From contig JAIPFP010000002.1 in NCBI GenBank assembly GCA_021736575.1, forward strand, positions 6,433-70,432: DNA of 64,000 nucleotides. The letters run 5' to 3'. Below, in pieces: positions 1 to 14,100 of the stretch (positions are counted from its first letter, which is position 1; every line of letters starts with the position of its first letter). The notes below the pieces were generated by a model. The model was not told the origin of the DNA. It did no database searches and worked only from the letters and a program-made list of their open reading frames with translations. The DNA comes from Pirellula sp. (GTDB lineage: Bacteria > Planctomycetota > Planctomycetia > Pirellulales > Pirellulaceae). Position numbers and translations under genes: made by a program.

Positions 1-3000
1 GTTGGGCAACATTGTCACGATCGCGCCCAAGGAGCTGGTCGCTTGAAACGTGCTGACCGAAAGGGCGTCGTTTGGTAAATCGACATCGCGATCATTTGTT
101 AGTACGCCCGGCGCACTGACCGTCAAAACAATGTCTTCACCCGTTGCATAAGAATCGTTAACGGCCACTGGAGCATCGTTGGCGGGTCGAATCACAACCG
201 TGATCAATTGAGGAGTCGACTGATTGACGTTTGGAGAAGTACTTGATCCATTGTCCCTAGCGAAGACACTTACGATAGCTGTGCCAAAAGCATCTTGAGC
301 TGGAACGAATTCCAAAACACCCGTGCCGCTAATGGTCGGTTGTACGGAGAACAGGCTTGGATTGTTGTTCGAGGTAAAGATCGAAACCGACTGTCCCGCT
401 TCGTCTAGCCCCGTTGGCGGCGTACTGTTCATGCCAGCAGCAGGAACAATGTTTCGGATCGCTGGAGCAGAGTATCGGTTCGAGTCTTCTGCTACCGATA
501 CATCGCCGATAACGATGAACCCCGGAGCATCATTCACAGGATTGGCTACGATCGTCAACTTGGAAGTGATCGAACGGTTTTGGTTTGGTGGGTTGCTTGC
601 GCCACTATCGACCGCAGTGACATCGACGATGGCTCGCCCGACCGCATCTTTTGCAAGAGAGAACGTCAGCACGCCAGTTGTGCTCACCGATGGCAGAACC
701 GAAAACAATGCGTCGTTATCTGTCGGTGTTTCGAAACGTAGAATCGTTTGTGTCGCGAGTTCGTCAAGCGCGCTTGGAGGTCCAGGCAGAATGCCCGTTG
801 CCCAATTGGCCGAGTAGGACGTAGTATCCTCGAGAACCGTGACATCGCTGCCAGGGATGAACTGGGGTGGGTTATTGATTGGGCCAACAGTAATGGTAAT
901 CGTCCCCGTCGCACTCTGTTGCGGCAGACCATTGTCGGAAACAACATATCGAATCAAATCGTTGCCCGAGAAATTGAGCGGGGTCTGATATCGGAACGAT
1001 ACAATTCGATCTCCAATAAAGACCGGCGTTACAATCCCGCCGTTGTCCGTTGTTCGTTCGACTTGGGTTATGCGAACGCGTTGACCCGCCGCGACTTCGT
1101 CGGCTGGACCGGCTACATCACCCGCCAGAACCACCGCTTCGGTTGCGTCAACAAATCCATTCTCAACTCCTTGCAATGTCAACGCATCCGGAATGGGCGG
1201 GTCATTTACGGGGTTGATGTTGACAGTGAATACTTGTTCAGCCGACATATTGACGTTGGGTGAGGGAGTGCCGAGCCCATTGTCGCGGAGAGAAACAAAC
1301 ACACGTCTCTGAATTCCAACCGTGTTATTATTAACGTCCTTGGCTGTTTGGAAAATCAAAGTCCCATCGCTTTGAAGCGTTGGCTGTACCAGGAAGGCAC
1401 TTGGGTTTTCCGCACGTACGTCAAAAGTTAGAACTTGAGTATTTTCATCGATAGCTGTGCCAGGGCCAGGTCGGATGCCCGTTGCAAACCCAGGGAGCGA
1501 AATCACGCCTTGGTCTTCATTCACAGTCGTCGAGGCTGGAATGGTGAACTCGGGTGCGTCATTGATTGCATTCAACGTAATCGTGAATGTGGCCGTTCTA
1601 CCCAAACTGTTATTGGGTGGTGGACCCGCTCGACCGTTGTCGCTCAGTCGAACAACCACCACGGCCGAACCGTTGCGATCCGGTGCAGTCTTGAACGAGA
1701 GTTTGCCCGTTCCATCGATGGTTGGTAGCTGAGAGAATAGCGTTGGATTGGATACCGAGATATTTACAAACGTGAGCACCTGTGCAGGCGTCGTCGGCGC
1801 AAAACTTCCGAACTCATCCAGCGCCGTTATGGGTCCAGGGAGCAAGTTGGATGCAAAACCCGGCACTTCAGTCAGTGTCGTGCCAGACAGGAATTCCTCG
1901 TCTTCCCTGGCTACGATATTGGTTGAATTTAGAACAAAGGTTGGCTGGTCGTTGATATCGGCGGCTGTGATCGTCAACGTCTTGGTAGTCGAAGCGGCCG
2001 TCGGTAGTCCATCATCGACAACCGTGATCAAGATATCCAAGCTACCCGAGAACAAACTATTCACGTCTGGAGCGAGTTGGAACTCCAGATCACCAGCCCC
2101 TGTCAACCTTGGTTGAAACGAGAAGTAGGCTGGATTGGCAGCAACGATCGTCGTGGTTAAGTTTTGGTTGATCTCGTCCACGGCGGTGACTGGACCCGGT
2201 GTCGGTGCAGACATAAAGCCCGGGATAATCGTCCTTGGAGCATCTTCTGTCGTGCTAAATGTGCTCGTCGACAGCGTGAACTCCGGTGGATCATTCACTG
2301 GAACCACATTGATCGTGATAAACTGCTTCGGCGATTGGAATTGATTGATGCCGCCTTGGGGTCCCAAGTCTTCCAAGTAGACCTCAACGACAATTGGGCC
2401 CGAGTTGAGGGCATTGACGTCAGGAGCAAGCCGGAACGTGAAGTCCCTACTGCTACCTGTTCCAACCACCCTTGGCTGCGTCGTGAAACTAGCCGGATTG
2501 AGAGCCCTTACCAAGAACCTCAGTCCCTGTCCGGTTACGCCTGGCACATTCCCAAGCTCGTCATCTGCACCCGTCGGTCCAGCTGCGATTTCAGTCACGA
2601 AATTGGTATACACTTGATCGGCCGGAGTCGGATCCTCCAAGAGCCCAATATTGGTTACCGGCAACGTGAACAGAGGTCGATCATTGACCGGGTTGATGTT
2701 CACCGTCAGGGTACTGAAGCTGGATTTCGGATCGGAGGAGGTTGGGAATCCACTCATGCCGTTGTCCTGGATCTCCAAAAGAATGAAGACAGGACCCTCG
2801 GTAAATTGGTTGTTGTAATGGGTGCCAGGCGTGTAGTTGACAATATTGCCCGTGACCGGTGGCAATAATTCGCCACTTCTGGGTGCTCGCACCGCACCTG
2901 TCGAATCAATCAACTGAGCCGACTTGACAATCAACGTTTGGCCCGACTCGTTGCCGGGACCTGGAAGATCATTGGCTGTAAACCGAACGCCTGCCCATGA

Positions 3001-5100
3001 TTGTGGGATATCCTCGTTGATGGTCTCGGTATCATTGGCAACCACGGGATTGTCATTGACCGGGTCAATGTTGATCGTGATGGTTTGAACCACGGTTTCA
3101 AACAAGTTGAGTCCACCCTGTGGGCCAGAATCTTGAGCAATGACCTCGACGAACAGACTGCCGTTCGGATTGGTGGCTGTGACGTAGTCCAGTCGATTGA
3201 CTTCTGGCTTGAGCTTGAATGTCAGGTCTCGACTGCTACCCGTGGCACCAATACTTGGCAGCGTCGCAAACGCGGTGTTGTACGGAGCGGGAGTGTTTAG
3301 GATGAACCTAACGGTCTGAGCTGGGACGGCTGGCGTAGGCAACATACTGCCCAAAAGCTCGTCGTCCGCAGAGCCTACTAGTCCAGGAATCAAAATCGGA
3401 CCTGCCGATACATTCGAAACGAAGTTAGGCACGACCACATCTTGACCTGCAGGGACAGGGTCTTCCAGCAACGAAACGGTCTGGGTCAACGGAAAGTCAA
3501 ACAACGGTCGATCGTTGACCGGCCGAATGTTGACCGTCAACGTACTGAACGAACTCTTCGGTGTCACAACGGGTGGGAACCCACTGACCCCATTGTCCTC
3601 AATTTCCAGTCGAATCAGCACAGGACCAGCAATGTCTTGGTTGTAATTGCTGCCTGGGGTGTAATTGACGACATTTCCGGAAACGGTTGGTAGCATTTCG
3701 CCAATTCTAGGTAAACGCACGGCGCCCGTCGAATCGATTAACTGGGCTGACTTGACGATCAACAATTGAGCGCGAGGGTCCGGCGAAAGGACGGACTCGT
3801 TGCCGGGACCCGGAACATCATTGGCAGTAAACCGAATGCCAGGCCATGATTGAACGATATCTTCGTCGATGGTCTCGGAATCATTGGTAACAACCGGATT
3901 GTCATTGATAGGGTCAATGTTGATCGTGATGGTTTGCACCACCGTTCTAAACAAATTGAGTCCCCCCTGAGGGCCGTTATCTTCCGCGATGACTTCGACG
4001 AAAAGACTGCCGCTTGGATTCGTGGCCGTCACGTAGTCCAAACGATTGACATCGGGCTTAAGCTTGAATGTCAGGTCGCGACTGCTGCCCATTGTGCCGA
4101 TACTTGGCAGCGTCTCAAACGCACTAGTGAAAGGAGCAAGCGTATTTAGGATGAACCTAACGGTCTGGGCTGGGACGATTGGCGTAGGCAATGTGCTGCC
4201 CAAAAGCTCGTCGTCCGCAGAGCCTACTAGTCCAGGAATCAAGATCGGACCTGCCGATACATTCGAAACGAAGTTAGGCACGACCACATCTTGACCTGCA
4301 GGGACAGGGTCTTCCAGCAAGGAAACGGTCTGGGTCAACGGAAAGTCAAACAACGGTCGATCGTTGACTGGCCGGATATTGACCGTCAACGTACTAAAGG
4401 CTGTCTTCGGATCAAGGGTTTGCGAGAAACCAGTGACTCCATTGTCTTCAATCTCAAGGCGAATAAAGACCCGACCAGCGATATCCTGGTTGTAATTGCT
4501 GCCTGGAGTGTAGCTGACGGTATTGCCAACCACGGCAGGAAGGAGTTCTCCAATCCCAGCTGCTCTTGGATTACCCGAGGCGTCGACAAGCTGGGCGGAT
4601 TTGACAATCAACGCCTGCGGATTTTCATTCGGAATCGCAGAGCCTGGCAATGGCAATGTAATTCCCTTGATGTCGTTTCCAGTAAACAGCGCACCAGGCC
4701 AACTTTGGACAATATCTTCGTCGATGGTTTGCGAGTCGTCGTTGGCAAACGGAACATCATTCACTGGGTTGACCGTAATCGTTACCGTTGCGGGTTGATT
4801 TCCGAGCAAGCGACGATCAGTCACTCGGTAGACAAACGTATCGGTCCCGAAGAAATTCGGAGCCGGCGTATAGGTAAACGAACCGTCCGCAAGCAGAACA
4901 AGCGTTCCATTTTGAGTGCTTGTCAGCGGCTGAATTCCGGACGCAAACGGATCCTCATCAAAGACGGATACGAGTGGCGGTGTCGTCGAAGGTGCAACGG
5001 GCGGATTGTCGGCATCTAGGTCATTGGTCAATACTCCATTTGCCGCCGTGACGAGAAGAACATTGTCTTCGTCAACACGATAGAGAGCTGCTTTGCTAGG
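1..5100 (-). repeat. Array of >=13 cadherin-like (VNDxP-delimited) domains in gene B, continuing beyond the window
   Basis: VND/IND/INN-x-P boundaries read on the minus strand near 190 (RPANDAPVAV), 540 (NPVNDAPGF), 885, 1215, 1565, 1955, 2300, 2690, 3060 (DPVNDNPVV), 3530, 3905, 4375 and 4765. Spacing is ~350-470 nt. Confidence 0.7.
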
Positions 5101-8100
5101 GTCTGGGTCATTGACAGCGACGGGTGGAATTCCAGCCAAAACTTCAATCACATGATCTTCGACTTCTCCACCGATAGCCAAACCGTAAGTAAACAATCCG
5201 CCCGTTGCGCTGAGTCTAAATCGAGCTGTGGTGTATCCCACGGTCGCGTTGAGTGGCGTGCTGATCAAGAAGGTGTTTTCGCCCGCGTTAACAGGCTCCG
5301 ACGACAGAATCTTTTCGCCTGCGTCCTCGAAATCATTATCTTGATTCCAGTCGACCCAAGCATCGATAAAGCCCGTATCGGTGGATGTGATGACAACGGG
5401 AACAGGCGGGATCAGAGGATTGAACAATCCATCAAATCGAACACCATCTTCGTCGTCGGCATTCACATTGACCGTGCCGCCCACCACCGTAGCCGTTGGC
5501 AGAGCAAGCGTGCCCTTCTGAATCTCACCATTGATTGCTTTGGCGACGTCGGCCGCAAAGCTGGCCTGCGTTGCGGTTGCGAAATTGATCACCAGCGGTA
5601 CGTTTCCAGCGATCAATGCCGACTGCACAGCTTGGTCGATAATTTGGAACGTAACCGAATTTCCTGAACCATCTTGAATGGTCAATACTTGACCGGCTGC
5701 GAGTCCAGTCAAGGTTGGGTTGACCGAAAGCCCTATCGATCCCTTCGGCACTCTTTGGACGAATCCGCCACTTTGACTCAAATCGAATGTGTGCCCAAAA
5801 GTACCACCAAGTGAAACAACGTTACCATTGACGATCGCGTAAATCTTAGTGATAGTACCGGCCAAGATGGACTTAAATATCTCGGACTGCAAGGCGGCGG
5901 CGGCACCATTGGCAGTTGTGACCAAGTTCAGGTCCACTCCAACAATGCCTGTCGGAACCGCACTCGCTGGAACGCTGCTGTCCCAAAACTGGTAAGTCAC
6001 CGTCCTATTGACGGTATCCGAAATCGTCACTCGCGTTCCCAACATTGCCGGCGCCGGAGCCGACACACTCAGTTGGGCAGGTCCCTTTGGCGACAGCGTC
6101 AATGGCATGCCAGCGGTAAACGCAAAACTGGAGCTGAAATCGTCGCCGTCCGCTGAGGTACTTGGCATACCGTCGACATCCCCATCCGCGAATTGCCCAA
6201 GGGCAAGGACCGGAACACCGGTCGGATAAAGTCCATGTCGAACACCATTATTGACAAGCAATGTGTTGCTGGTCGAACCTGTATTGGGCCGCTCCATCGC
6301 ATCGCCATAATCGACACTCACCTCAGGCATCAAGATGGTGAACTGAGTGAGTGAGTTGACCCGATTCGGCAACAGCCAATTCCCGGCTAAGTCACTAACG
6401 GGTCCAATCGAAGTAGTAGCCACTCCCGTAATACTCGTGACTCCTTCGACAATAAACGTGCCATAGCCAAGTGCATAGGCATTGACCCCTAGGCCAATAC
6501 TGCTGAAGGCTTTGACGAGTTGTGCCGAAACGCTGTTGTTGTTGAAACTGGATACAAACGGAACCGAAATCGCGCCGCCGGAAACCCCCGTTAAGAGTAG
6601 CCCTGAAGTCAACACATTTACGATGGAGCCTCTCGGTTCATTGAGCCTAATGAATCGAGTGGTCGTGGTTGGAGTTATTCCCAGTCCTGATCCAGCGATC
6701 GAAGTGCTTATTGCAACTGCGATTTGATCTGCGGTGTCCGTGTTGCGGATCGAGATGCCGCGATTGCCAGGGGTGATCGTCCCGTCCTTGTCAAATTCGA
6801 AGACAACGGTTTGACCAGCTGCGTTTCGAATCGAGAATCGCGTTGCGTCGGCGATGGCCGTACCACCCGCTGCAGGAACGGCCAACTCAAAGGAACCCGT
6901 CACACCCGGCGTGCCTATCACTCCCAACTGTGAACCTGTTACTGTCAACAAATCGCCAACTTGGCCACCGATTTGAACGGTGCCATCTTTCAGATCTTCG
7001 ACCGGTGCAAATCCTTTTGGAACCACGGTCGCCATCACGGCAGCAATCTTGCCCGCCAAGTCGATGTAGGTATCCGTTCGATCAAATGTTATGAGTCTAT
7101 TACCAGCCCCGAACGCAGTATCTCCCGTCAAGTTGAATTCAAGCGTGATGGCAGGTCCATTGGCGGGATCGAACATAAATGTCTGGCCGTCGGCAACTCC
7201 GGATGCCACCCCTTGCCTTGTCAGTCTAGAGGTCCCGACTGAGGCGTTATGGACTGCAAGCGTTCCCAAATGAATGAGATCTGTTCCATAACCTTTGACC
7301 CCCAGATTGAGATCGGCATTCGTGGCCGATCTGAGCGCCGCCACAATAGCGTCTCGGACTTGGGTTGCCGTTTGGTCCGCGATGATCGCGATGGGGCGAT
7401 TACCGGCTGTTACCAAATTGTTGGTGTCAAACTCAAAGGTCACATTGAGAGCGCCGTTCGAGATTTGGAATGTTTGGCCATCGGTAATGCCAGCGGAGGC
7501 CGAGCCTGCGGCTGGCACTTTAAACGTGAGCGTTTGCGGCACAGTGAGCTTAAAGCCGCTATCGAATTCCAAAACGGCTTGTGCACCGTTGCTGGCGTTG
7601 ACCATAACGCGGGCACCATCCAAGATCGTTGCACCGCTGGTTGGATCAACGCGCAGGGTCGGCTTATTGATCAGCGTCATTTCATAAATGCTGTCGCGCC
7701 TCCAGAAGCCAGCAAGTGGTGTAAGGCGAATGGTACGGCTGTTGGCACTAAAACCAAAAATGTAGTCCACACCTTGTACCAAAGGTCTGCCGTTCTCGGT
7801 CAAGATCAACGAATCCGCGGTGATCGTGTTTGGGTCCGTTCCCGTTCCGGTCCGTTCATCCAGCAGAATTTCAAAGAAATCGTAGTTACCGGTTCTGAGC
7901 CGAACATACGTATTGAATGGATCGGTGTCGAGCTGATTGGAATCATTGTCCAACGGCCGTTGTAAAACGGCAATCGGCCCGACAAAGTCCACGCGATCCG
8001 TGGCACCTCTGTCGATGAAGACGTTCTGACCGAGCCCGAATGGAGGGCTCACCGCAGGATCGTCGCTGCGTCGCAGGCCATTGACATCAAAGGCTGGGGC

Positions 8101-11100
8101 AAGGATTGGGCTTGTTGGCAGCCCGATAGCATTCTTCACTTCTTCGATGTTCGCTCGGTTTTCCAACGATGAAAAAGACGAATCGATAGCTTGAGATAGC
8201 GCTCTCAGATAGAAGCGACCATTCGGTCCATCGACGAACAACGGATCGCCGGCTGCAAGCAGGATTGGGAACGATTCGCTGCTGCCAACCGATGCTGGGG
8301 TTACCGTCGTCGCATTGCTCTGATAAAGGTTTGCACCGAGAATGGTTCCGCCCAAACTTGGCGCTCCCACAACGTTGATACCGGTCCCAAAATTGGCGAT
8401 GATATTGTTTAACAGGCTCGGACTGGCCCCCTCGGTGACATTGATCCCGATGTCGCCTCGACGTCCGTAGAGCGTGTTATTGATCACGCGAGCTACCGTC
8501 TGTGGTGGTATGCCAGTGGCTGTAGTCCCTCCCGTGTCACCGCTGATGTTGATGCCACCGGCTAGATTGCCGGAAAGGACATTGTTCATCACCACGACAC
8601 CTGGCGCGACGTTGGACGAATTTAATGTAACAAGGTTTCGAACGACTCCAGGATAAGGCCGATTTCCGGTATTTGCCGCGATTTGCGTTTGAGACTGCGG
8701 AGCAGCATCGATGTTCAAACCAAAGCCAGAGGATCTCGATATCGAATTGGAAGAAACGATAAATTGTCCTTGATCGCGCCTGATATTGGCATCGCCAAGA
8801 TCTTCTCCAAACGCAGACTCGGATCCAAAGCTCACGAGGGTCAACGGAACTCCGCCAGCCGAAAACAATGCTGAGCTCGCATTGCCAAGCTCATCGTTGG
8901 CAACAGGACCATGCAAGTCGATCGCGATAGCCCGTCCGTTGGCCGGCCTATCGGCAGTACCAACCTTCATGTCGCCATTGGTCGATGCGGTAATTTTGAT
9001 GACGGCTTGTGCTGCAGTGCTGTTGATCGCATCGCGGATCTTTCTTGCGATTTGCTCGCGAGTCTCACTCGGCAAAATTGTGATAGGGACATTGCCCGGT
9101 GTTGTTCCGGCTGCACGGTCCGCAGCCGAAGTCGCAACGTCGAACTCGAACGTAGCAGTATTCACGCCATCGCTGAGTTTGAAGGTCGCTCCATCCGCAA
9201 TAGCGCTTGGCGCGTTGAAAATCAACCGGCTCGATTTGGTCAGCCGATCATTGGTGTCATACGTTCGCCCCAGTGGCGGTGGTGGAAAGGAATCCAAACG
9301 CAGTGCCGTACCGGCGGTCGTCCCGTAGTCAGCCGCTTCTCGAATTTCGAGCTGGTATGTACCACCCTCGATTTCATCAATCGGTTCGCCAGGAACCGCC
9401 GAACCACCTGTCAGTTGATAACCACCTGTCGGATTGAAGGTCGGGGCCGCCGATGGCGTGGCACCGATGACTTTTTCGCCTCGTTCCGCAAACCCGATGA
9501 CAATATCGTCAATGTGAACGCTGCCCGCTTTGTTGCTCTGCGTTCGTAGACCTGCACCAAAGAATCCCCCTTCTGTAAAGTCATCTCCGGCTCGTGCGGT
9601 CGTCGCACCTAGCGGTCCAGGATTCGTAACGATCATTCCAGTGCCGTGCAGCAGAATCACGTTACCACGGGTTCGATAGACGCTCGTATTTGCCGTCTGT
9701 CCCGCGACGTTCAATGCGCCGGCCAAGGATACAACGATACTATCTCGAACTTGGATGGCGGTCATCGCGTTGGTCACAGGAACCGCCGTTCGACCAGCCA
9801 CAACACCTGGCCGCCCAATGATGATGGCTGGGTCGGCACCGAGTATGGAATACGTTCCGGCTGCCGGAAGACCAGATACATTCAAGATATCGGGTGATTG
9901 AGTACTGGTTGCCACCGTTCGACCATCGAGCGTCAGCGCGGTTCGGACACTATTCGCAAGCTGCGTTGGCGTGAAGTTACTTGCAAAGCCAATCTCTCTT
10001 GCAGCGGGTGCACCAGTGAGCTTGAAGGTGTACAGAGTTCCATTGATCGAAATCTGGTCCCCATCGACAACGCTGGCACCGCTTGGAAGCTGCATAACCA
10101 GTCCAAGATCAAATTCGAACGTGGTGCCGGCCACGACAAACGTATTGCCGTCCGTCAATCGATCGCCTGGTATTGCTACCAATTCTTGGCCACCTCGCAA
10201 TGGATCACCCGTGCGGAAATCGCCGCCCGTATTGAACTCGAATCGAATGCGAACATCTCGCTGTCCAGCGAGTGCCCCCATATTGATTCGGGCCTGTCTC
10301 CAACCCGCATTGTCGAATACTTCCGAAGAAATTCGCGTCCTACCAAACGCATCCTGATTTTGCGAAATCGAAATATCGAACTCGTCCTGTCCAGCCATGT
10401 CGGTATAGCTACGGTTATCGATGGAATTGTTGGTACCGAGCAGCACCCAATTCCCACTCTCACCGGCGCCATACACACGGAACGTATCCAGCGCAGGTCG
10501 ATTGTCACCCAAAGCCGTACCATCGTTGTTGGCCGCGCTGTTTTGAGTCGGCAACGTGTAATTGAAATACAACATCGGTTGATCATCGGCGGAATAGCTC
10601 CGCAGATCGATCAGATCGCTTTCCAAAGCACCCATGGCACCACCAGCCGCTGCGACATTGTCGCCGGCTGCATTCGACACATAGGTGTTGTAAATCCCGG
10701 ACCAAATTCCGGGCTGTTTGTTAGGACTATTCGGATCCGCAAATCCAAATTTCGCGGAGCGATTGCCGTTGAAAGTGTCCCGCGAATTGTTGAAGTCGGC
10801 GGGTCGACCGTGACCTGCTGTCCCATTTTCACGATCGCTTGCATGCCATAAATTTACGTCAAGCGATGAGAAGTCGATCCCGGCGATGTTGCCTAATCCG
10901 GTGCCTTGGACGAACCTTTCTCCGCGCGGAAAAATGGGCTGAAGCGTTCCAGCGGGGCCAAGTGTAGGCGAGGCAAACGGATTAAATGCATAGATGCGTC
11001 CCGCAGCCGTGATACCGAACAGTAAATTTGCGTAGCGACCACCCTCGACGTTGCGTGGACCCGCAGTCATACCAGTAAAATTGATCGCAGCATTGGTTTG

Positions 11101-14100
11101 TGGATCGCGAATCGTGGTGACGACAGTTCCCGTTCCAGGGGCTCCAATAAAGCTAGGGGTCACCAATTCACCTTGGTTTGACACTCCAAAAAACTGAGAA
11201 TTGATCGATGCGAACCCGGTTATCAATCCGGTGGCAGCGTCAAAATAGCCGAATTCCCATTGGCTGCCTCCGGCACCGAAAAGCCTATTACCATCATTGG
11301 CCGTCTTGGATTGTAGACCGTTTTGGAAGTCAATTACGGCACCGGTGAGGGGATTCAGGCGATAAATAACGTTTCGCGTGATGGGAGTGTTGATTGGTGT
11401 TTCATTGAATGAGCCATCGCCTCTCCGGCTTCCCACTCCGTAAAACGCAGCGCTGGCAGGATTGTTTCCCGCGTCGGGGTCAATGTTGGTGTAGGTCAGA
11501 GCGGTAAAAACATAACCGTCGCCGACCGCGGTCGTACCGATTTGGCTCTGGCGTACAACAGGTGTGCCGCCTGGAACCGGGTACAAACCAAAAGTAGTCA
11601 AACCTGGGCCAACGCCGGCTCCAATCGCATCACTCGCGTCCCCGATATCAATTCCAAACATACTGCCACTATTGGCATCGGTAATCGCACCGGCGTCTGG
11701 GGAGCGTGTGCCAAAGGCGCGTCCGCCCGGCGATACCGCGATATCGTTCACCGTTCGCGAGTTGTTGTTCAAATTGATTGGATTGACACCGTCGTTGCTT
11801 GCTTCTGCCTCTTTTGCGCCTGTCAACGCATTGGCATATTGCATTCGCGATTGTCCACCAGCGCTCGTCGCAACAAAGAAAGTGACATCCGACAGATTGA
11901 ATGGTACCGCGTTTGGAAGCGCCGTTGGATCCGTGTTCGGTACGGCTGGCGACATCGCAGCCCCTAGCCCACCGAACGCTTGCATGACAGGTACTGCCGT
12001 TGTCGTTGGCCGACCAGGATTACCCGTGTCAAATCGATCTTCCGAAATTCGCCGAACGGACTCAAGTGGTTCCAATCGAACACTGGTGGTCGTGCTTCCA
12101 CCCACCACGGTGTACGCATCAAGCGAACTATCCGAAATGGCTCGATTGGAAACCGCTACGACGTAATTGCCTTGCGGCAGTTCGAATGGGCCAACGTAGG
12201 CATCGCGTCTGCCGTTTGAACCTCGCGTTAGATCGGTAAGGTTGCTACCCAGAAGAGGAGCGGGCTGGTCGTCCTGAATATTCGAATCATCGCCCGTTGC
12301 AACGAGCGTTAGATTGTTTCCGACCTTCTGATAGATCCATAGTTGGGTATTGGGGCGTCCAAAACCGTCGGCGTAGTCCAAGTCGAAAACGACCGATTGA
12401 TGCCACCGAGTCGCGTCGCTCACTTCGTTCGGTTGTTCGACAGAATCTCGAAATACTTGGAAATCAAAGTAGTCGATGTTGTCTCCGGTTACCAACGAAG
12501 TTGGGTTATTCGGATCTGGGGCAAGTCTACCCGCAACCGAGATCCCTGCCCGATCCGTGTTGAAGATGTTGCCGAGAAGTATTGGGTTCGCGGAATTATA
12601 AACGTTGGAGCGTTCGGTCGGGTCTGGCTCTCCGGCTTCGCCTACCAGTTGTGAATGCAGAGGCTGACCCTTGGCATCAATTCCATTGGCTGCGAATCGA
12701 ATGTCCGCAAAACGCACAGTCGAGCCGGCAACTTCGTCCGTTTGCTGAAGTCGCAATTGCAATTTGTACTCACCAACGGTGATACCTTGGCGCACTGCGG
12801 CCACATCCAACAAGCGAGCGAGCGATGCCGCAGCGCCACTGTTGGTAATCGCAGGAGTAACGTTGCTGCTGCGAACGCGCACGAAGTAATTGTTAACACT
12901 GCCCGCTACGCCGGGAAGGACTGCTCGAAAGCCTGCATCGAGAGGATTCACACCCAGGAAATCGACCGGCGTTTGGTTCGCACTATTTCGTCGCGTAAAT
13001 GCACTCTGATCCATTGGCCAAGCGCGAATGGTCGATACCAAATTGGTGTCGGAATAAACCGATCCTGCAGTCGATTCATCGATCGAATTATTGCTCAAGG
13101 CAATGATCTGGCCGTTCCCATCCACCAACTCAATCACGGAATCCAATGATCCAGACGTTTGATCTACATCGAACCAAACCATCGACCCAGCGGTTCCAGT
13201 AAATCGATAAATATCAATGTCGCTAGGGGACGCGATCGAACCGGTTATGGTCATTCCCAATCGCAAATTTTCATCGCCGCCGCTCAGCGACGTGGCCAAT
13301 GAGCCGAGGTCTTGTGCATTAGACGGAAAATCATTGAATCCCTGGGAAGCAATCTGGTCAGGCTCCCTCTCGTACGACGCGTCGACATTGCGATCATTAC
13401 TAAAAGGATCGAACAAAAGCGATCGCCAATTTCCTGGTGCGGCGGATGTAGCGTTGCCATTGCCATTCGTATCGAGCAGAGACTTCCCGGAAAAATCAAA
13501 TCCGGCACCGATCGAATCGTCATTGAGACTGGTTAACACGACAGGGAAGCCGGGCGAACCCAAAACTTGCAAAGAGCCGCCGATGCGATCCTTGATGTCC
13601 AAAGGACGACCCGTGGCGGTAAAGCCCGCTGTGTTGCCTAACAACTTGATAACCAGACTTTCGTCCGACTTGCTCGTCAATCGCAGTCCGCCGTACGTGT
13701 GGAAGTCAACGACAACGATCTCACTTTGCAACATGTGAACGATATCCGTGTCGTCCCATACGCCTTCGGTCGTCAGAGTCGCACCGCGAACTCGCATACC
13801 GTTTAACGCGTTACCGCCTAACTGATTGTTGTTGATCAATGGACCAAAGTTCCCAATGCCAACGTTTTCGCGTTGGTTGGTACCCGTCTGACGTCCGAAG
13901 TCTCGCACGCTTTCCGAATTAAGCGAATTGCCATCGATACTGATGGCAGCCGTGTCGTTGACGAAGTTGGCAGTGCTGGCATCTCGAACGGAATTGTTCC
14001 TAATGACATTATTCAAAAGAACGGGCTGGCTGCCGACGATAAAGATGGCTGCGGCGTCGTTCACTCCACGCGAATCCCGATTGGTCGTTCCACGGTTCGT

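Noticed and set aside
2612-4800. Possible CRISPR-like or satellite array, suggested by repeated sequence blocks (also at 38875-38964).
   Set aside because: The repeats are 849 bp and 15 bp units, in frame within protein-coding genes. They lack the short-repeat/unique-spacer architecture, and no cas genes are present.
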